A DNA stretch of 45,527 bases from Gammaproteobacteria bacterium (GTDB lineage Bacteria > Pseudomonadota > Gammaproteobacteria > Burkholderiales > SHXO01). Made by a program: the position numbers and the translations under genes. The notes beneath the pieces were generated by a model that was given only the letters and a program-made list of their open reading frames with translations, had not been told where the DNA came from and made no database searches. The DNA lies in NCBI GenBank assembly GCA_041488355.1, contig JBGPPC010000003.1, forward strand, positions 1 to 45,527. Direction: 5' to 3'. How positions within the stretch are numbered: the stretch's first letter is position 1; each line of letters begins with the position of its first letter. This document shows, piece after piece, positions 30,557 to 40,800 of this stretch.

Positions 30557-32365
30557 ATGGCTACTTCCTCCGACACCCCGCCGCTGCCGCAGGCGCCTGA
30601 CCCGCAGGAGATTGCCAAGTCCTTCGCGCAGATCGCGGAGCGTAGTCAGAAGCTCGTCAACGATTACCTGGGAAGCCACGCCGAGAGCAGCGCACCCGCG
30701 GTCAGCGATGACCTGGGTCTGAGCCACGCTTTCATGGACCTCGGCGCCGCCCTGATGGCAAACCCCTGGAAGCTGGCCGAGGTTCAGATGCAGATGTGGC
30801 AGGACTACCTGCGCCTCTGGCAGGGGAGCATGCAGCGCTTCCTGGGCGAGGAGGCAGCTCCGGTAGCCGAGCCGGCCAAGTCCGACAATCGCTTCAAGAG
30901 CGAGCTTTGGCAGAACAATTTCCTGTTCGACTACATCAAGCAGTCGTACCTGATCGCGTCGCAGAACATCCAGAAAATGGTCGCGGACGCCCAGGGCCTG
31001 GACCCGCAGACCGCGCGCAAGGTGCGCTTCTTCACCCGTCAATTTGTGGACGCACTGGCGCCGACGAACTTCGTATTCACCAATCCGGAAGTGCTCAAAG
31101 CCACAGTTGAAAGCGGCGGCAAGAACCTGGTCGACGGGCTGCACAATCTGCTGAGGGATCTCGAGCGCGGTGGCGGAAAACTCGCGATCAGCATGACGGA
31201 CTACAAAGCCTTCAAGCTAGGCGAGAACGTAGCTACGAGCCCGGGCAAGGTGGTGTTCCAGAACGATCTGATACAGCTCATCCAGTACAGCCCGTCCACC
31301 ACGGAGGTGTGGCGAACGCCCCTGCTGATCATCCCGCCCTGGATCAACAAGTACTACATCCTGGATCTGCGCGAAAAAAACTCCTTCATCCGCTGGGCCG
31401 TCGGCGAGGGACACACCGTGTTCGTCGTCTCGTGGGTCAATCCGGATCAGCGGTTCGCCAAGAAGGGCTTCGACGACTACATGCTGGAGGGTCCGCTCGC
31501 GGCGCTCGACGCGATCGAGCAGGCCACGGGAGCGCGCGAGACCAATGTCATCGGCTACTGTCTCGGGGGAACACTGTTCGCCTGTCTGCTGGCGTGGCTC
31601 GCCGCGAAAGGTGAGAAGCGGGTGAAGAGCGCCACTTTCTTCACCGCCCTGATCGACTTCACCGAACCGGGCGAGCTCGGGGTGTTCACGGACGAAGCGG
31701 CGCTGTCCAGCCTGGAAAAGAAGATGGAGGAGCGCGGTTTTCTCGAAGGCTCCGAGATGGCCAACACCTTCAATCTGCTGCGCGCAAACGATCTGATCTG
31801 GTCGTTCGTCGTCAACAACTATCTGCTGGGCAAGGATCCGTTCCCGTTCGACCTGCTGTACTGGAACTCGGATGCCACGCGCATGCCGGCAAAGATGCAC
31901 ACGTTCTATCTGCGCAACATGTACATCAAGAATATGCTGACCAGACCGGGCGGGATCAGCCTGGCCGGCGAGCCGATCGACATCGCGAAGATCACCACAC
32001 CGGCGTGTTTCGTGTCCGCGATCGAGGACCACATCGCGCCGTGGAAGAGCACCTACATGGGTGCAAAGCTGCTGAGCGGACCAGTGAATTTTCTGCTGGC
32101 AGGCTCGGGGCACATCGCCGGTGTGGTCAATCCCCCGGTACCGCCCAAGTATTGCCACTGGACCAATACGGATCTGCCTCCATCGGCCGACGAATGGCTG
32201 GCGACGGCACAGCGCCATGAGGGCTCATGGTGGCCGGAGTGGTCAACATGGGTCAGCCAGTTCGGTGGCGACAAGATGCCCGCACGCATTCCGGGCGAAG
32301 GCAAACTCAGGCCGATCGAGGATGCACCCGGGTCCTACGTGAAGTTGCGCCTCGATCCCGGCTAG
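30557..32365 (+). CDS. phaC: Class I polyhydroxyalkanoate synthase
   Basis: PTNF..TNP, PPWINKYYILDL, lipase box GYCLGG, DLLYWNSD, EDHIAPW, SGHIAG, GSWW, APGSYV. Confidence 0.96.
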   Translation: MATSSDTPPLPQAPDPQEIAKSFAQIAERSQKLVNDYLGSHAESSAPAVSDDLGLSHAFMDLGAALMANPWKLAEVQMQMWQDYLRLWQGSMQRFLGEEAAPVAEPAKSDNRFKSELWQNNFLFDYIKQSYLIASQNIQKMVADAQGLDPQTARKVRFFTRQFVDALAPTNFVFTNPEVLKATVESGGKNLVDGLHNLLRDLERGGGKLAISMTDYKAFKLGENVATSPGKVVFQNDLIQLIQYSPSTTEVWRTPLLIIPPWINKYYILDLREKNSFIRWAVGEGHTVFVVSWVNPDQRFAKKGFDDYMLEGPLAALDAIEQATGARETNVIGYCLGGTLFACLLAWLAAKGEKRVKSATFFTALIDFTEPGELGVFTDEAALSSLEKKMEERGFLEGSEMANTFNLLRANDLIWSFVVNNYLLGKDPFPFDLLYWNSDATRMPAKMHTFYLRNMYIKNMLTRPGGISLAGEPIDIAKITTPACFVSAIEDHIAPWKSTYMGAKLLSGPVNFLLAGSGHIAGVVNPPVPPKYCHWTNTDLPPSADEWLATAQRHEGSWWPEWSTWVSQFGGDKMPARIPGEGKLRPIEDAPGSYVKLRLDPG

Positions 32366-33192
32366 CGCAGGTTGCGCCGGAAGTCGTTCAGGTAGGTCAA
32401 TCCCTGGATGGCGCGGCTGCCATACCAGGATGTCATCGAGCCGTCGATGAGCGCCACGCGAGTACGACTACCGGCTGGCAGCATGTCGAGGATCTCGACG
32501 CAGTGCCGCTCGCGAAAGCTGTAGGGCTCGCTGGAAAGCAACACGATGTCCACTTCCTTCAACCGCTCACCGGTCAAGCTGAAAGCCGGGTAACGAGCCG
32601 TACCCTTCGCTTCGTACGTATCCCATCCAATCGTGGCCAGCATGCGCGAAATGTAGGTGTCGCGTGCCACGGTCATCCACGGCGACTTCCAGATCAGGTA
32701 GAGAACGCGCCGCCGCGGCAAGCCGACGGTAGCAGCCACCGTCTCCTCATAACCGCGCTCGAAGCGCCGGCACAATTCCTCCGCCTGCTCCTCGCGCGAG
32801 AAAATGCTTCCCAGCAGCCGATACAGCACAAGGTTGTCCCTCGGCTCCAGCGGATGGGTGACCACGACATGCGGGACGAACCGGGCCAATGCCTCCACGG
32901 TTGCGCGCGGGTTCTCGTCGATGTTGACAATCAGATGCGTCGGCGCGAGGCGCTTGATGCGCCCGATCTCGATGCTCTTCGTCCCACCCACCTTGGCTAC
33001 CCGCTTGACGAGGTCCTTCGGGTGGATGCAGAAACCGGTGCGGCCCACGATTTGCGGGGCCAGGTCGAGCTCGAACAGGAGCTCGGTAATGCTTGGTACG
33101 AGAGAAACGATGCGCGCCTGCGCCCCCGCGACCTGATGGTGCGTACCGAGCGCGTCGGTCAGCTGGCGTTGGTTGATAGAGGCGAGAGACAT
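32362..33192 (-). CDS. BtuF-like helical-backbone metal/cobalamin-binding protein, no signal peptide
   Basis: RIVSLVPSITELL, VGRTGFCIHP, VGGTK, LSSEPY, SWYGSR; N-terminus lacks a hydrophobic leader. Confidence 0.82.
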   Translation of the reverse strand: MSLASINQRQLTDALGTHHQVAGAQARIVSLVPSITELLFELDLAPQIVGRTGFCIHPKDLVKRVAKVGGTKSIEIGRIKRLAPTHLIVNIDENPRATVEALARFVPHVVVTHPLEPRDNLVLYRLLGSIFSREEQAEELCRRFERGYEETVAATVGLPRRRVLYLIWKSPWMTVARDTYISRMLATIGWDTYEAKGTARYPAFSLTGERLKEVDIVLLSSEPYSFRERHCVEILDMLPAGSRTRVALIDGSMTSWYGSRAIQGLTYLNDFRRNLR

Positions 33193-33270
33193 ACGTGATG
33201 TCTGGGCATAGGCTGGCGCGTACAGTCTATTCTAGTGCTCTGTTTTGATCCGTTCCACAATCCACAACGG

Positions 33271-33837
33271 CTAACGACGGCGAGCCGTAGCACCACGCGC
33301 CGCGCGCGGTGATTTCTTGGCCGCGGGCCCGGCGCGAGACCCTGCTCTGTTGGCGTCGGCGCCTGCGACGATTGGAGCGGCGGAGAGAGGCAGCAGGCTC
33401 TCCTTGAGACGACCCAGAACGAAGCTGGATTTGCTGTGCCTGATCCCCGGGATGCGGTACAGACGCTCGCGCAGCAGACGCTCATAGTCGCGCGTGTCCC
33501 GCACAGCGATCCGAATATGGTAGTCGTAGTCGCCCGAGACGAGATAGGCCTCCAGGACCTCAGGAATTTCCTCCAGCGCCTTGCCAAACTCCTCCAGTGT
33601 CTCTTCGTGGTGGTTATCCAGAGTGACTTGTACGATCACCGTCTCGGTAAAGCCAATCGCCGCGGGGTCGAGGCGCACGGTGTAGCCTTGGATCACGCCA
33701 TCGCTTTCCATCTTCCTGATCCGCGTCCAGCACGGTGTGCTCGTCAACCCCACGCGCGAGCTGATTTCCTGCAAGCTGGCCCTGGCGTCCTGCTGCAGCA
33801 CGGCAAGGATGGCCAGGTCGAACTTGTCTAGCGCCAT
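33271..33837 (-). CDS. Lrp/AsnC-family transcriptional regulator
   Basis: LDKFDLAILAVLQQDAR, VGLTSTPCWTRIRKME..GVI.GY, VSGDYDY; Ala/Arg-rich tail. Confidence 0.94.
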   Translation of the reverse strand: MALDKFDLAILAVLQQDARASLQEISSRVGLTSTPCWTRIRKMESDGVIQGYTVRLDPAAIGFTETVIVQVTLDNHHEETLEEFGKALEEIPEVLEAYLVSGDYDYHIRIAVRDTRDYERLLRERLYRIPGIRHSKSSFVLGRLKESLLPLSAAPIVAGADANRAGSRAGPAAKKSPRAARGATARRR

Positions 33838-33848
33838 ATGAACTATTC

Positions 33849-33926
33849 CAGAATATTATTCCGTATTAAACCATAAATTCAGGAATATCTACTCAATGGA
33901 GTGGGTTCCCGCAGAAAGATAAAACA
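33849..33926. promoter_or_regulatory. Putative Lrp-binding sites in an AT-rich divergent promoter
   Basis: CAGAATATTATTCCG (33849-33863) matches 14/15 of the E. coli Lrp consensus YAGHAWATTWTDCTR; weaker look-alikes near 33880 and 33912. Confidence 0.5.
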
Positions 33927-34243
33927 CATTTTCTTCGTCGTTAGTTTTAGCATTCATTGTCGAGGTCGGCGTGCCCCAGCTTCAACCAGGGCACACCCAC
34001 TTCGGCAGGCCGAAACAGGAGTTTGGTGCGTAGATTGCTTGCTCGGGCAAGCTGGTTTGCGGCGACCGCATGGACCGCAGGCATCGACCATAGCGGACGC
34101 AAGGATCCTTCAATACGACTGAACTATCCAGTTAGACGATTGCGCGATTCGAGCACGAGCGACATACCCGTCCCCGCGCTCGACGAGGGCACCGCCGAAC
34201 CCAAGGCGAAAAGCCCAACGTCGAATCCTATGAGGAGTGAGAC

Positions 34244-37200
34244 ATGCAAGCGGTCACATTGGACGACAAGTACGTATCCGACAACGGCCGGATCTACCTG
34301 ACCGGTATTCAGGCTCTGGTCCGTCTGGCGCTGGTCCAACGCCGGCGCGACCGGGCCGCCGGTCTCAATACCGCCGGCTTCATCTCCGGCTATCGCGGCT
34401 CGCCGCTCGGCGGGCTGGACGAAGCTCTCTGGAAGGCCCGCAAACATCTCGACGCACACCACGTCAAGTTTCAGCCTGGGATTAACGAAGAGCTGGCCGC
34501 GACGGCCGTGTGGGGCACTCAGCAGGTACATCTGCTCGGTGGCTCCGACTACAACGGCGTCTTCTCGATGTGGTACGGCAAGGGCCCGGGCGTGGACCGC
34601 TGCGGCGATGTGTTCAAGCACATGAACTTTGCCGGGACGGCTCGACATGGCGGCGTTCTGCTCGTCGCCGGTGACGACCACGCCGCGTACTCGTCGACGT
34701 TGCCGCATCAGAGCGATCACCTGTTCTCGGCTTCCATGATCCCTGTGCTCTATCCGTGCAATGTCCAGGAATACCTCGAACTGGGGTTGCACGGCTGGGC
34801 CATGTCTCGCTTCTCTGGCTGCGCGGTGGCATTCAAAGCGCTGGCCGATACGGTAGAGTCTTCGGCTTCAGTGGAGGCCGATCCGTTCCGAGTCAAGATT
34901 GTGCTGCCGTCGGACTTCGTCATGCCGGAGGGCGGGCTCAACTGCCGGCCACTAAAGGATCCGATCGGATTGCAGGCGCGCAAGCAGGAAGCGCTGATGC
35001 AGGACTACAAGATCTATGCGGCACTGGCCTACGCTCGCGCCAACAGGCTCAACCGAACCATGATCGACTCGCGCGACGCGCGGCTGGGCATCATCGCCTC
35101 GGGCAAATCGTACATGGACGTCCTCGAAGCACTAGAGGAGCTCGGTATCACCGAGCAGAATGCAGCGGAGATCGGCATCCGTTTGTTCAAGGTCTCCATG
35201 CCCTGGCCTCTGGAGCCAGACGGCGTGCGCGAGTTCGCGCGCGGCCTCGACGAGATCCTGGTGGTAGAAGAGAAGCGCCAGATGGTGGAGTATCAGCTCA
35301 AGGAGCAGCTCTACAACTGGCGCGCGGACGTGCGCCCGCGCGTGATCGGCAAGTTCGACGAGCAAGGCGAGTGGGTTCATCCGCGCGGCGAATGGCTGCT
35401 TCCGCCCAAGGCTGACTTCTCGGTTGCGCAGATCGCGCGCGTCATCGCCGCGCGCATCGCGCGCTTCCACGCCAGCGATCTGATCAAGGCACGCTTGACC
35501 TTCCTTGAGGCGAAGGAAGCCGTACTCAAGAAGGCGGTCAACACACCGCCGCGGCCAGCGTATTACTGCTCGGGCTGCCCGCACAACACGTCGACCAAAG
35601 TCCCCGACGGCAGCCTCGCGCTCGCGGGAATCGGCTGCCATGTGATGGCGATGTCAATCTATCCTGAGCACACTAGAGCCACGACGCACATGGGCGGCGA
35701 GGGTGTGCCCTGGATCGGCCAGGCGCCTTTCTCGAAGCTGCCACACGTGTTTGCCAATCTGGGCGACGGCACCTACTTCCACTCGGGCTCGCTCGCGATC
35801 CGTGCTGCCGTAGCGGCTGACGTGAATATCACATACAAGATTCTGTACAACGACGCGGTCGCGATGACCGGGGGACAGCCGATCGACGGCGCCATTTCCG
35901 TACCGATGATCGCGCACCAAATGGCCGCCGAAGGTGTTAAACGCATCGCGTTGGTGACTGACGATCTGAAGCGATACGAGGACCGATCGCAACTGCCACA
36001 GAGCGTCACGTTGAATGACCGGAAGGATATGGACGCGGTGCAGAAGGACCTCAGGAGCTACCGGGGCGTATCGGTCCTCATCTACGATCAGACCTGCGCA
36101 GCGGAAAAGCGGCGGCGCCGCAAGAAAGGTGAATATCCGAAGGCAACGCAGCGCGTCTTCATCAACGAATCGGTATGCGAAGGCTGTGGCGACTGCGGAG
36201 TGCAGTCCAACTGCACCTCGATCCTGCCGGTCGAGACCGAGTTCGGTCGCAAGCGCGCCATCGATCAATCCTCCTGCAACCAGGATTACTCTTGCATCCA
36301 GGGCTTCTGCCCGAGCTTCGTGACCGTGGAGGGCGGTGTCCCGAGGAAGTCGCGTGCAAGCGATCAAGTGCCCGCTGGCATGTTTGAACTACCCGAACCT
36401 TCAGCGCTCGCGCTTCAAGACACCTACAACATTCTCATCACCGGCATCGGCGGCACGGGAGTCATTACGATCGGTGCCCTGGTGGGCATGGCGGCCCATC
36501 TGGAGGGGAAAGGCATCTCGGCCCTGGACATGACCGGCATGTCGCAGAAGAACGGCGCCGTTACCTCGCACGTCCGGATCGCGCGCCGGCCCGAAGACAT
36601 ACGGGCTCAGTGCATCGCCACCGGCGAGGCGGACCTGATCCTCGGTTGCGATATGCTCACGGCGGGGGCACAGGACGCTATATCCAAAACCCGGCCCGGG
36701 AGAACCGTCGCCGTCATCAACACGTACCAGCAGCCTCCAGGCTCATTCGTCAGAGATCCGGACTGGCAGTTTCCGGCCGAGCAGATCCGCGCGCTCATCG
36801 ATGAATCGGTCGGCGGGGAATCGCATTTCCTCGACGGGACCCGGCTAGCCACGGCGCTGATGGGTGATTCGATCGCCACGAATCTCTTCATGCTCGGGTA
36901 CGCGTATCAAAAGGGGTTGGTTCCGTTGCTGGAGACCTCGATCGTGCAAGCCATTCGGCTGAACGGGGTCGCCGTCGAAGCCAATCTGCAAGCTTTCCTC
37001 TGGGGTCGGCGCGCGGCGGTGGACTTGAGCCGGGTCGAGCAGATCGCAATCCCCGCCGGACCCATAGTCGTTCAACTGCCGCAGAGCCTGGATGCGTTGA
37101 TCGCCAAGCGCGTTGCGTTTCTTGCCGAATACCAGAATGCGGACTACGCCCGGCGTTACGAAGAATTGGTCGAGCGCGTGCGCCTCACCGAAGCGGGGGT

Positions 37201-37750
37201 CAGCTCCGGCGAGGCGCTGACCAAGGCAGTCGCCAAGTCACTCTTCAAGCTCATGGCTTACAAGGACGAGTATGAGGTCGCACGCCTGTACACCAACGGA
37301 GACTTCGAGAAGCGGCTGAACCAGACATTCCAGGGCGACTTCACCCTCAAGTTCAACCTCGCGCCTCCGCTGTGGGCCAAGCGCGACGGCCAGGGTCGGC
37401 TGATCAAGGCGCAGTACGGCTCGTGGATGTGGCATGCGTTCAAAACACTGGCGCGGATGAAGTTCTTGCGCGGGACGGTGCTCGATCTGTTCGGAAGAAC
37501 CGAGGAGCGCCGCATGGAACGCCAACTCATAGCAGACTATCGGACATCCATCTCGGCAGCATTGAACAGACTGACAGCACACAATCTCGCGCTGGTAACC
37601 GAGCTCGCCAGCCTGCCTGAGCGCATTCGCGGCTTTGGTTACGTCAAGCTGGACAACGTGCAACAGACGAAAACGCGCTGGCACCAAATCGAGGAGGCAC
37701 TGAACTCAAGCGACGGTGGGAAGGTAACCACGCACAGGAAGGCGGCCTGA
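34244..37750 (+). CDS. Single-chain indolepyruvate:ferredoxin oxidoreductase-family protein
   Basis: SGYRGSPLGG, WYGKGPGVDR, CSGCPHN, GDGTYFHSG (TPP), CEGCGDC...C and C.QD.SC..GFCP ferredoxin motifs, GIGGTG; RBS gaggag. Confidence 0.94.
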   Translation: MQAVTLDDKYVSDNGRIYLTGIQALVRLALVQRRRDRAAGLNTAGFISGYRGSPLGGLDEALWKARKHLDAHHVKFQPGINEELAATAVWGTQQVHLLGGSDYNGVFSMWYGKGPGVDRCGDVFKHMNFAGTARHGGVLLVAGDDHAAYSSTLPHQSDHLFSASMIPVLYPCNVQEYLELGLHGWAMSRFSGCAVAFKALADTVESSASVEADPFRVKIVLPSDFVMPEGGLNCRPLKDPIGLQARKQEALMQDYKIYAALAYARANRLNRTMIDSRDARLGIIASGKSYMDVLEALEELGITEQNAAEIGIRLFKVSMPWPLEPDGVREFARGLDEILVVEEKRQMVEYQLKEQLYNWRADVRPRVIGKFDEQGEWVHPRGEWLLPPKADFSVAQIARVIAARIARFHASDLIKARLTFLEAKEAVLKKAVNTPPRPAYYCSGCPHNTSTKVPDGSLALAGIGCHVMAMSIYPEHTRATTHMGGEGVPWIGQAPFSKLPHVFANLGDGTYFHSGSLAIRAAVAADVNITYKILYNDAVAMTGGQPIDGAISVPMIAHQMAAEGVKRIALVTDDLKRYEDRSQLPQSVTLNDRKDMDAVQKDLRSYRGVSVLIYDQTCAAEKRRRRKKGEYPKATQRVFINESVCEGCGDCGVQSNCTSILPVETEFGRKRAIDQSSCNQDYSCIQGFCPSFVTVEGGVPRKSRASDQVPAGMFELPEPSALALQDTYNILITGIGGTGVITIGALVGMAAHLEGKGISALDMTGMSQKNGAVTSHVRIARRPEDIRAQCIATGEADLILGCDMLTAGAQDAISKTRPGRTVAVINTYQQPPGSFVRDPDWQFPAEQIRALIDESVGGESHFLDGTRLATALMGDSIATNLFMLGYAYQKGLVPLLETSIVQAIRLNGVAVEANLQAFLWGRRAAVDLSRVEQIAIPAGPIVVQLPQSLDALIAKRVAFLAEYQNADYARRYEELVERVRLTEAGVSSGEALTKAVAKSLFKLMAYKDEYEVARLYTNGDFEKRLNQTFQGDFTLKFNLAPPLWAKRDGQGRLIKAQYGSWMWHAFKTLARMKFLRGTVLDLFGRTEERRMERQLIADYRTSISAALNRLTAHNLALVTELASLPERIRGFGYVKLDNVQQTKTRWHQIEEALNSSDGGKVTTHRKAA

Positions 37751-37857
37751 CGGAAGCTTCGATCCAAGCCGCACATGCGCGACCGCGCCTGGACGCCGTC
37801 GGATTAGAATAGGCGCTCTATCCTGGAGGATCCGCGATTGGACAACTGGAGCTTCGG

Positions 37858-40800
37858 ATGACCGATCTGTCCGCCCGACCCGTGGATACCACTCGCCACG
37901 CGGAGCGCCGCATGCGCTTCGTGACCGCCGCCAGCCTGTTCGACGGCCATGACGCCTCGATCAACATCATCCGCCGCATGCTGCAGGTCAGCGGTGTCGA
38001 GGTCATTCACCTGGGTCACAACCGTTCGGTCGAGGAAGTCGTTACGGCGGCGCTGCAAGAGGACGTGCACGGAATCGCGCTCAGCTCCTATCAGGGTGGG
38101 CACGTCGAGTTCTTCCGCTACATGCTCGACCTGCTGCGCCAACGAGGCGGAGAACACATCAAGGTTTTCGGCGGTGGCGGAGGCGTAATCGTACCGGCGG
38201 AAGTCCGCGAGCTCGAAGAGTACGGGGTCGCACGCATTTACTCGCCCGAGGACGGCGCCCGCATGGGGCTGCAGGGCATGATCGACGACATGATCAAGCG
38301 GGCCGACGCGGACCTGTGCGGCCGGCTGCCGGACACTCTCGATCGCTTGCTCCGCGGCGACCGCGCTGATCTAGCGCGCATCATTACAGCCCTCGAGAGC
38401 CGTGCGCTGCCGGAAACAATACACCAGTCCATCCTGGCGCGGGCTGCCGAGCGCGATGCCGTCCCGGTACTGGGAATCACAGGCACGGGCGGCTCAGGCA
38501 AGTCCTCGCTGACGGACGAGCTGGTGCGCCGCGTGCGATTGGATCAGGACGATCGTCTGCAGATCGCCGTGATCGCTATCGACCCTTCACGTCGCAAGAG
38601 CGGCGGCGCGCTGCTGGGTGACCGCATCCGCATGAATGCGATCAACGGCTCCAACGTCTACATGCGCTCGCTCGCCACCCGCGGTGCCGGCAAGGAGATC
38701 GCGGCCGCGCTGCCGGACGTCATCGCCACATGTAAATGCGCCGGGTTCGATCTCATTCTGGTGGAGACGTCAGGCATCGGGCAAGGAGACGCGGCGATTG
38801 TGCCGCTCGCCGACTTCTCCCTCTATGTGATGACGCCGGAGTACGGGGCCGCGAGTCAGCTCGAGAAGATCGACATGCTCGACTTCGCCGACTTCGTGGC
38901 TATCAACAAGTTCGACCGCCGCGGCGCCGATGACGCCCTGCGCGACGTACGCAAGCAGATCCAGCGCAACCACCAGGCGTTCAAGACACCGTCCGAACAG
39001 ATGCCGGTATTCGGCACCGTGGCCTCCCGCTTCAACGACGATGGGGTGACGGCGCTCTACCAGGCAATCGCTCCGAAGCTGGTCGAGAAAGGACTGAGGC
39101 TGGAGCCGGGCCGTTTGCGCCGCGTCGACGTCCGTGCCTCCTCCCGCGTACACGCCATCGTCCCACCCGCTCGTGCCCGCTATCTCGCAGAGATCGCCGA
39201 GGCGGTGCGGCGCTATAAGCAGCACGCGGAGGAACAAGTGATGCTGGCGCGCGAGCGACAACAGCTGGCAGCGACAAGAGCCATGCTGCTCGAGTCGCCG
39301 TCATCCCGGCGAACGCCGGGCACGAGTCGCGCCGACACCGAAACCCTGGATTCCGGCGTTCGCCGGAATGACGAACTGGAGCATCTCATCGCCGAGCGGG
39401 AGCGCAAGCTCGATCCTCGCGCCAAGAGACTGCTGGAAATGTGGCCCGATATGCAGCGGGCCTACTCCGGCGACGACTACGTGGTCAAGATCCGCGACCG
39501 CGAGGTCCGCACCCAGCTCACTTACCGGACGCTCTCGGGTACCACCGTGCACAAAGTCGCGCTCCCTCGCTACGAGGATCACGGCGAACTGCTCAGGTGG
39601 CTGATGCTGGAAAATGTCCCCGGCTCGTTTCCCTACACCGGCGGCGTATTTGCATTCAAACGCGAGAACGAGGATCCGACGCGCATGTTCGCGGGTGAAG
39701 GCGATCCCTTCCGCACCAACCGGCGCTTCCATCTGTTGTCCAAGGACATGGCGGCGAAGCGGTTGTCCACCGCCTTCGATTCCGTGACGCTGTACGGCTT
39801 CGACCCGGATCTGCGACCGGACATCTACGGCAAGGTGGGCAACTCCGGGGTATCCATCGCGACGCTCGAGGACATGAAGGTGTTGTACTCGGGCTTCGAC
39901 CTGTGCGCCCCGTCCACGTCGGTATCGATGACCATCAACGGCCCCGCGCCGACCATCCTCGCGATGTTCATGAACACCGCGATCGATCAGCAGCTCGACA
40001 AGTTCCACCAGGACAATGGCCGTAAGCCGACCGAGGACGAGTCCGACAAGATCAAAGAATGGACGCTCGAGAGCGTCCGCGGTACGGTGCAGGCGGACAT
40101 TTTGAAGGAAGACCAGGGGCAGAACACCTGCATCTTCTCCACGGAGTTCAGCCTCAAGGTGATGGGCGATATCCAGGAGTACTTCATTCACCACGCGGTG
40201 AAGAACTTTTACTCGGTTTCGATCTCCGGCTACCACATCGCCGAAGCCGGGGCCAATCCCATCAGTCAGCTCGCCTTCACGCTCGCCAACGGTTTCACCT
40301 TCGTCGAGGCCTACCTCGCTCGCGGCATGCACATCGACGACTTTGCACCCAACCTGAGCTTCTTCTTCAGCAACGGCATGGACCCGGAGTACTCGGTGAT
40401 CGGCCGGGTTGCGCGCCGCATCTGGGCCGTGGCGATGAAGAACAAGTACGGCGCCAACGAGCGCTCGCAGAAGCTCAAGTATCACTGCCAGACCTCCGGG
40501 CGCTCGCTGCACGCGCAGGAGATTGCGTTCAACGACATTCGTACCACCTTACAGGCGCTGATTGCCACGTACGACAACGCCAACTCGCTGCACACCAACG
40601 CGTTCGACGAAGCCATCACCACGCCCACCGAAGAGAGCGTGCGCCGCGCCATGGCGATCCAGCTCGTGATAAATCGCGAATGGGGGTTGGCGAAAAACGA
40701 GAATCCCAACCAGGGCAGCTTCATCATCGACGAATTGACCGAACTGGTCGAGGAAGCCGTGCTGAAGGAGTTCGAGGCCATCAGCGAGCGCGGCGGCGTG

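Noticed and set aside
37751-37857. Cobalamin riboswitch upstream of icmF (also sought upstream of the BtuF-like gene and at 42452-42718)
   Set aside because: The icmF and BtuF-like spacers are short, and I could not find the conserved B12-box elements in any of the three by eye; an Rfam scan would be decisive.
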